The notes beneath the pieces are model-generated. The model worked only from the letters and a program-made list of their open reading frames with translations. It was not told the origin of the DNA and made no database searches. A program made the position numbers and the translations under genes. Positions 58,005 to 64,000 of a DNA stretch of 64,000 nt are shown in pieces; position 1 is the stretch's first letter; every line of letters starts with the position of its first letter. This DNA is from Phenylobacterium sp. (lineage in GTDB: Bacteria; Pseudomonadota; Alphaproteobacteria; Caulobacterales; Caulobacteraceae): assembly GCF_044358365.1 (NCBI RefSeq), contig NZ_JBIKNZ010000007.1, positions 9,488-73,487 on the forward strand. Reading direction: 5' to 3'.

Positions 58005-59270
58005 TCACTCGCCCGGCAGTGGACCGGCGGCGGTCAGCCCGCCGTAGGCTGGTTCCAGCAGACGCCGGCCGGAAGCGCGGGCGCGCAAGCCGGGTCGCGG
58101 TGCGGCCATGGCTTCACGATAGACGCCCACCATCTGGTCCAGAATCCGGGGCCACAGATAGGCCGCGCTCTCCAGATGTGCCGCACGGCCCATCGCAAGG
58201 CGCCTGGCCGGGTCATCCATGAGGGAGAGGATCGCATCGGCGTAGGCGCCCGGGTCATGCGAGCGGCAGAGGATTCCGGTGCGCCCTGGCTCCACCAGGA
58301 CCCGGCAATTGGGCGCGTCGGCGCACACCATGGCCAGTCCCGAGGCCATGGCTTCAAGGTTCACATTGCCGAATGTTTCGGTGCTGCTGGGGTTGAAGAA
58401 GATGTCGCCGCTTGCGATCGCCGTCGCCAGGGCGTCTCCGGAAAGGAAGCCGGTGAACACCGCGTCGGGAAGGCGTTCCCGGAACCAGGGCAGAGCCGGG
58501 CCGTCGCCGACCACCAGCACCTGGACCGGACCGCGGGCAGCCTCGAGCGCCTGGATGGTCTCGACGAAGACGCCAAGACCCTTTTCCATAACCACCCGAC
58601 CAAGGAATACCACCACCGGGCGATCATCTTCAAAGCCGTGGGCGCGCCGCCAGGCGTCGCTGCGTCGTTCCGGGTTGAAGAGCTGTGGTTCCACCCCCCG
58701 CGCCCAGACCCGTGCTCGCGCGGCCGGCGAGTCCCGCTGCACCTGCTCGGCGATTGATGGGTTGGGAGCCAGCACATAGTCGCAGCCGTTGTAGAATGCG
58801 GCCAGACGCCGTTCCATCCAGGGCTTGAGAAGGCCAAGGCCGTAGTAGTCGAGGTAGCTCTCGAAGTGGGTGTGCAAACTCGCGACCACGGGAACATCCA
58901 GTTTCCGGGCCAGGCTCTGGGCCGCCGAGCCCAGCAGGTCAGGGGCCGATAGATGAATGATGTCGGGTTTGAACGCTCTGACATCCTGTTGAATGTGACG
59001 CGGCAGCCCCATGGCCACGCGGTACTCCGGCCGCAGTGGAATGGCGAATGAAGGCACCGAGACCAGTTCTCCGACCGGCGCAAACGCAGGCTTCGGGGCG
59101 GTTGGCGAATAGATGCGAACCTGGACACCGGCCTGCGACTGGAGATGGTCAACCAACCTGTTGAGGGTCTTGTTTGCGCCGTCGAGTGTGCAGTTGTAGT
59201 TGCCCGAGAACAGGGCGACGCGCGCCGGTCGCTGCAGGTAGGCGCTGCTGGTGGGCCGCTCTGTGGTCAT
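58005..59270 (-). CDS. GT4 glycosyltransferase (MGDG/alpha-monoglucuronosyl-lipid-type)
   Basis: VALFSGNYN, FLGRVVMEKG, PSSTETFGNVNLEAMASG. GAGGGA RBS. Confidence 0.9.
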   Translation of the reverse strand: MTTERPTSSAYLQRPARVALFSGNYNCTLDGANKTLNRLVDHLQSQAGVQVRIYSPTAPKPAFAPVGELVSVPSFAIPLRPEYRVAMGLPRHIQQDVRAFKPDIIHLSAPDLLGSAAQSLARKLDVPVVASLHTHFESYLDYYGLGLLKPWMERRLAAFYNGCDYVLAPNPSIAEQVQRDSPAARARVWARGVEPQLFNPERRSDAWRRAHGFEDDRPVVVFLGRVVMEKGLGVFVETIQALEAARGPVQVLVVGDGPALPWFRERLPDAVFTGFLSGDALATAIASGDIFFNPSSTETFGNVNLEAMASGLAMVCADAPNCRVLVEPGRTGILCRSHDPGAYADAILSLMDDPARRLAMGRAAHLESAAYLWPRILDQMVGVYREAMAAPRPGLRARASGRRLLEPAYGGLTAAGPLPGE

Positions 59271-59485
59271 TGATAGTCCCTCGAACATGAAATCGGCCGT
59301 CTGGTGGGGAGGCGCCGTCGAACGGCAACCGCCTCAATCATCCTGAGTTCCGCCATTCGGTAGGGCTTTGCGCGCGACGTCCTGTCACGTAGCGGCCTTA
59401 CGGAGAGCTGGGCGATTCGCCGGTCGCTCCGGCGCGACGCCGCGCCAGGGACGTGACGACCCGGGCGGCAGATCAGGGGTGGAAG

Positions 59486-60673
59486 ATGCGAATAGTCGAT
59501 GTGGCGGAGTTCTATGCGCCGAACGGCGGCGGCGTCCGGACCTACATCGATCGCAAGTTCATAGCCGCCGCCGAGGCGGGCCACGAGCTTTTCGTCATCG
59601 CTCCGGGCCCGAAAGACGGGTTCGAGGCGCGCCCGGGCGGCGGAGTGATCTGGGTGCGTTCGCCGGGATTGCCGTTTGATTCCAACTACTGGATGTTTGT
59701 CCATGCTGGCCCGGTGCACGCTCACCTCGACCGGCTGAAGCCCGATCTGGTCGAAGCCTCGTCGCCCTGGCGCGGCGCATGGATTGTTGCGAGCTGGGCA
59801 GGATGCGCTGCGAAGGCAATGTTCTGGCATGCGGATCCCGTCGCCTCCTATCCCCAGCGTTGGCTGGCCCCCCACGTCGATCCGGACCGAATCGATCAGC
59901 TCTTCGCGGGGTTCTGGTCTCACCTCCGCCGCTTAGCGACTTACTTTGACAGTTCGGTTGCAGGCAGCGTCTGGCTTGGCAGACGGCTGCACGATCTGGA
60001 CATGGGCCTCCTGGCGACGATCCCTCTGGGCGCCGACTGCAGCGCCTTTTCCCCTGCGCTCCGTGACGACGCGCTCCACGCCAGGCTGGTCAGCGATCTG
60101 GGCCTGCCGCCGGATGGCAAGGTGCTGCTCGGGGTCGGACGGTTTCACCCACAGAAGCGCTGGCCGATGATCGCCGCCGCCGTTGCTGCGGCAAATGGCC
60201 CCGAACAGCCGATTGGATTACTGATTCTGGGCGACGGCATGGACCGCGCGCGGGTGGCCCGGGCGGCGCGGCGCTATCCCAACATCCAGCTGATGACGCC
60301 CACGCGGGATCGTAGCTATCTGGCCAAACTGTTCGCCAGCGTCGACGGCCTCGTGCACGGGAGCGAATCGGAGACCTTTGGACTTGTGATCGCCGAGGCG
60401 CTGGCTTCGGGTCTGCCGGTGGTCTTGCCGGATCGCGGGGCCTGCTCGGAACTCGCCCCGCCGCCGGTGCGCGAAATCTATCGTTCGGCAGATGTGCGAT
60501 CCGCGACGGCGGCGATCCTGCGCCTGTTCGCCCGCGACCCGGTTGCGCTGAGGGCCGCTAGCCTGCAGGCCGCGACGGAAGTCCGAAGTGACAGCCAACA
60601 CTATGTCGAACTGTTTGACTTCTACGACCAGCTGATTCGGGACAGGCACGCCGAAAGCGCCACGGCCGCATGA
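59486..60673 (+). CDS. GT4 glycosyltransferase
   Basis: IVDVAEFYAPNGGGVRTY, GVGRFHPQKR, SESETFGLVIAEALASG. Confidence 0.9.
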   Translation: MRIVDVAEFYAPNGGGVRTYIDRKFIAAAEAGHELFVIAPGPKDGFEARPGGGVIWVRSPGLPFDSNYWMFVHAGPVHAHLDRLKPDLVEASSPWRGAWIVASWAGCAAKAMFWHADPVASYPQRWLAPHVDPDRIDQLFAGFWSHLRRLATYFDSSVAGSVWLGRRLHDLDMGLLATIPLGADCSAFSPALRDDALHARLVSDLGLPPDGKVLLGVGRFHPQKRWPMIAAAVAAANGPEQPIGLLILGDGMDRARVARAARRYPNIQLMTPTRDRSYLAKLFASVDGLVHGSESETFGLVIAEALASGLPVVLPDRGACSELAPPPVREIYRSADVRSATAAILRLFARDPVALRAASLQAATEVRSDSQHYVELFDFYDQLIRDRHAESATAA

Positions 60674-61617
60674 CACTGGAAACGCCCGATGCTCCCAGCG
60701 GACCTGAAACCCGCAAGGCTCGACTGAAGCGGATTGCGCTGGCCGTGGCGCCTTGGGCGGGCGGCCTGTTCGCGATCGCGCTGTTCATCGTCACTCTGCT
60801 GCAACTGAGCCAGGTGTCATCGGAAGCCCTCGCCACCGTTCAGGGGCTGTCGCCCGCAGTCTGGTTGGTGTTCGTCCTGCTCTATCTGGCTCAACCGGTG
60901 GCTGATCAGGTGATCTTCCAGCGACTCTGGCGGCTTCCTGTCCGCAGTTTCGGGGTGATGCTGCGCAAGGTGGTCATCAACGAAGTGCTGTTCGGCTATA
61001 GCGGCGAGCTCTACTTCTACGTCTGGGCCAAAAGCCGGGCTGGCCTCAGCGACGCGCCATTCGGGGCCGTCAAGGACGTCAACATCCTCTCGGCGCTGGG
61101 CGGCAACGTCCAGACCCTGATCCTGCTGTTGGTCAGTGCGATCAGCCTGACCCAGATCGATCTGGCGCATCAGCTAGGTCCCGCACTTTGGCCCGGCCTG
61201 GCTATGGTTGCGCTGACCTTCGGTGTGTTGCTGTTCCGCAAACGCGTGTTCTCGCTGACGCGCCCGGAGCTGGTCTTTGTCGCTTGGGTCCATACGGCGC
61301 GGATGATCGCGACCACAGGGCTCACGCTGCTGCTCTGGTCGCTGGCGCTGCCGGAGGTCGGGCTGGGCGTATGGCTGGTGTTGCTGGCCAGTCGCCTGTT
61401 GCTGGCGCGGCTGCCGTTCGTGGCCAACAAGGACCTTGTGTTCGCCAATCTAGTCCTGGTGCTGATGGGTGCGGGATCATCGGCGGCGCTGCTGCTGGCC
61501 ACCCTGGCCATCGCAACGCTGATGGCCCATCTGGCCGTAACCCTGGTCGTCGGCGCGCCTGACCTGGTTCGGGCGGTGTCGAAGGTATCGAGCCACCGCC
61601 GCGAGACACTCACCTGA
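60670..61617 (+). CDS. Polytopic membrane protein (lysylphosphatidylglycerol-synthase TM/UPF0104 flippase-like)
   Basis: About 8 hydrophobic segments, NEVLFGYSGELYF, RLPFVANKDLVF; ATGA-coupled to the GT4. Confidence 0.6.
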   Translation: MTLETPDAPSGPETRKARLKRIALAVAPWAGGLFAIALFIVTLLQLSQVSSEALATVQGLSPAVWLVFVLLYLAQPVADQVIFQRLWRLPVRSFGVMLRKVVINEVLFGYSGELYFYVWAKSRAGLSDAPFGAVKDVNILSALGGNVQTLILLLVSAISLTQIDLAHQLGPALWPGLAMVALTFGVLLFRKRVFSLTRPELVFVAWVHTARMIATTGLTLLLWSLALPEVGLGVWLVLLASRLLLARLPFVANKDLVFANLVLVLMGAGSSAALLLATLAIATLMAHLAVTLVVGAPDLVRAVSKVSSHRRETLT

Positions 61618-61733
61618 GACTTTAGGGTTCGGGAGAACGGGCGCGTCGCGGGCCCTTAACTTGTCGCCAGCCGCGCCGGGGCCTAACTAAGCCCGGCACC
61701 AGTCTTCCTGCCCCACCCCGAGACCCCCTGCGC

Positions 61734-62468
61734 ATGCGCCAGTTCACCTTCGGAGAGATCACCGAGGCGCTGGCGGGTCTGCGGGACCAGACGCGTGGCG
61801 CTACGGATGAGCGGCTGGCCTTCATCCACTTCTGCCTGACCCACCTGGCCAGCAGCCGCGCGCAGTTCCTGCAGGATCTATGGGTGGCCTGGGAACTTGG
61901 GTCGTTGCGCGACGGCTACTTCGTGGAGTTCGGCGCCACCGACGGCGTGAAGTTCAGCAACAGCTGGTATCTGGAGCTTGAGCTGGGCTGGCAGGGCATT
62001 CTGGCGGAGCCCGCGCACGTCTGGCAGACGGCGCTGCGACAGAATCGCACCTGCCACATCGATACGCGATGCGTCTGGATCGAAACCGGCCGCACCCTGA
62101 CCTTCAATCAACCCGAGATCGCCGCCCACGCCACCATCGACAGCTTCTCCGACAGTGACATGCACGCCGAAAGCCGCCGTGCGGGCGCACGCTATCCGGT
62201 GGAAACGGTCTCGCTCGACGACCTGCTGGCCTTCTGGAATGCGCCTCGCCGCATCGACTATCTGTCCATCGATACCGAGGGCTCGGAGCTCGACATCCTG
62301 CAGCATTTCGACTGGTCCGCCCATGATGTGCGGTTGATCACGGTGGAGCACAACCATACCGAACGCCGGGCGCTGATCCACGCGTTCCTCACCTCGAAGG
62401 GCTATGTGCGCAAATTCGAGGCCCTGTCCAACGTCGACGACTGGTACGTCAAGACAGGCGCCGGGTAG
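61734..62468 (+). CDS. FkbM family SAM methyltransferase
   Basis: FVEFGATDGVKFSNS, GWQGILAEP, IDYLSIDTEGSE, ITVEHN. Confidence 0.9.
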   Translation: MRQFTFGEITEALAGLRDQTRGATDERLAFIHFCLTHLASSRAQFLQDLWVAWELGSLRDGYFVEFGATDGVKFSNSWYLELELGWQGILAEPAHVWQTALRQNRTCHIDTRCVWIETGRTLTFNQPEIAAHATIDSFSDSDMHAESRRAGARYPVETVSLDDLLAFWNAPRRIDYLSIDTEGSELDILQHFDWSAHDVRLITVEHNHTERRALIHAFLTSKGYVRKFEALSNVDDWYVKTGAG

Positions 62469-62475
62469 GGCGTCC

Positions 62476-63672
62476 GTGGACCTCAAGCGCAGCGCCCGAT
62501 TGCTCCTGACCACCAAGGCGATCCGGGGCTATGGCGATGGCTTCACCGCACTGCTGCTGCCGGTCTATCTGATCAGTCTGGGTCTTGGGCCATTCGAGGT
62601 GGGTCTCGTGGCGACCGCCGCCATGCTGGGTTCGGCCATCCTGACCCTTGCCGTAGGCGTCGCCGGCCACAGGGTCAGCGCGCGCGGCCTGCTGATGCTG
62701 AGCTGCCTGCTGATGTTGATCACCGGCCTGGCGTTTTCCCAGGCCCAGAGCTTCTGGCCTCTGATAATCGTGGCATTTGTCGGTACGCTCAATCCGTCCA
62801 GCGGCGATGTCGGTGTCTTCGTGCCGCTGGAACAGGCGATGATGGCCAACGCCGGACCCGACGCAGACCGGACCACCCGATTCGCCATGTACAATGTGGT
62901 GGGCGCCGTGGGTGTGGCGCTGGGGGCCCTTTCGGTCGGCCTGATCGATCCGCTGACCCGCCTGCTAGCCCGGTCCCGTAGCGATATGCTGGAGGCCGCC
63001 TTTGCGCTCTACGGTCTGATCGGCGTAGCCGCCTTCCTGCTCTATCGCCAGCTGCCGACGGAGGCGGCGGAGGTCGCGGCCCAGCGCACGGGACTTGGCC
63101 CTTCGCGCAAGCGGGTGTTCCAGCTTGCCGCGCTGTTCAGCCTGGATTCCTTCGGCGGGGGCTTTCTGGTGCAGTCGCTGCTGGCGCTGTGGTTGTTCAA
63201 CCGGTTCGACATGACTCTGGCCACGGCAGGCGTCTTCTTCTTCTGGACCGGGCTGCTGGGGGCGGCCTCGCAGTTCCTCGCCGGGCGGATCGCGGGAAGG
63301 ATTGGACTGATCAACACAATGGTCTTCACCCATGTGCCCGCCAACCTCTGCGTCATGGCGGCAGCTTTTGCGCCGACACTGCCGATCGCGCTGGGCCTGC
63401 TGATCGTTCGCGCGGCGCTCTCCAGCATGGATGTGCCGGCGCGCACATCCTACGTCATGGCGGTGGTGACGCCGCCAGAGCGGGCGGCGGCGGCGGGGAT
63501 CACCAATGTGCCACGCAGCCTGGCCGCAGCTTTAAGCCCTGCGCTGGCCGGCGCGCTCTTCACCGCCTTCGTGTTTCCCTGGCCGCTACTGATCGGCGGA
63601 GGCCTTAAGGTGGCCTATGATGTGCTGCTGCTGAACCAGTTTCGGCACGTGAAACCGCCGGAGGAGCTTTAG
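62476..63672 (+). CDS. MFS transporter
   Basis: 12 TMs, NPSSGDVGVF, GLINTMVFTH, MDVPARTSY. Confidence 0.88.
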   Translation: MDLKRSARLLLTTKAIRGYGDGFTALLLPVYLISLGLGPFEVGLVATAAMLGSAILTLAVGVAGHRVSARGLLMLSCLLMLITGLAFSQAQSFWPLIIVAFVGTLNPSSGDVGVFVPLEQAMMANAGPDADRTTRFAMYNVVGAVGVALGALSVGLIDPLTRLLARSRSDMLEAAFALYGLIGVAAFLLYRQLPTEAAEVAAQRTGLGPSRKRVFQLAALFSLDSFGGGFLVQSLLALWLFNRFDMTLATAGVFFFWTGLLGAASQFLAGRIAGRIGLINTMVFTHVPANLCVMAAAFAPTLPIALGLLIVRAALSSMDVPARTSYVMAVVTPPERAAAAGITNVPRSLAAALSPALAGALFTAFVFPWPLLIGGGLKVAYDVLLLNQFRHVKPPEEL

Positions 63673-64000
63673 GTCGCCAGCAGCTCATCGACCCTGCGGA
63701 TGTCCATGACTTCCGACGCAATCCCGCCGTCCAGTCGCATCACCTTGTTGCAGTAGAGCTTGAGCAGCGGAGCCTCGTGGGTAGCCAGAACCAGGATGCC
63801 CGCCCGCTCCACCAGCTTCAGTAGCCGCTTGTGCGCCAGTTTCTGGAATTCGGCGTCCCCGACGGCGATCCACTCGTCCATCAGCAGCACATCGCAGTCC
63901 ACCGCCGTGGCGGCGGCAAAGGCCAGACGGCCCTGCATGCCCGCCGAATAGGTCTTTACCGGCATCGCCAGGAACGGTCCGAGGCCGGTGAACGCGGCGA
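63669..64000 (-). CDS. C-terminal fragment of Wzt/KpsT-type polysaccharide-export ABC ATPase (runs off the window)
   Basis: MPVKTYSAGMQGRLAFA, LLMDEWIAVGDAEFQK, ATH. Confidence 0.88.
   Translation of the reverse strand, partial: AAFTGLGPFLAMPVKTYSAGMQGRLAFAAATAVDCDVLLMDEWIAVGDAEFQKLAHKRLLKLVERAGILVLATHEAPLLKLYCNKVMRLDGGIASEVMDIRRVDELLAT

Noticed and set aside
59382-59388. Pho box (CTGTCAC) between the two GT4 genes
   Set aside because: Only one half-site; no second repeat at 11-bp spacing.
1-64000. CRISPR arrays, IS elements, integrases, prophage or defence genes
   Set aside because: No repeat-spacer arrays, terminal inverted repeats or matching protein motifs were seen by eye; a computational repeat scan was not possible.

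Overview
High-GC alphaproteobacterial chromosome segment. Gene content and order (hisI-folE-cysS-yidD-thrS, phaR-phbA-phbB, gloB, P-II, metW-metX, pyrD, ggt, tRNA-Arg) resemble Caulobacteraceae such as Phenylobacterium/Caulobacter; this is an inference. No integrase, transposase, phage gene or CRISPR array was seen. Accessory blocks sit between the core genes: (1) a hydrolase-rich region at 1-20 kb with an RTX metalloprotease, two serine hydrolases, an amidase, an alkyl-sulfatase-fold protein with a degenerate metal site, a split EmrAB-OMF pump, an orphan LanC-like cyclase with a Cys-Cys-Cys zinc triad next to a GNAT, and a non-canonical NRAMP; (2) an arylsulfatase and a Tat-exported PLP enzyme behind cysS; (3) a TonB receptor and DUF3526 ABC module around a near-perfect Zur box; (4) next to tRNA-Arg, a lone LptF/G-like permease, two GT4 glycosyltransferases and a membrane protein, a candidate glyco(sphingo)lipid synthesis and export module. 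Two small ORFs below the ORF-track cutoff (22 aa and 37 aa) were found by eye. Many starts are moved downstream of the ORF-track start using RBS context and family N-termini. All family calls come from motif recognition, not database searches.
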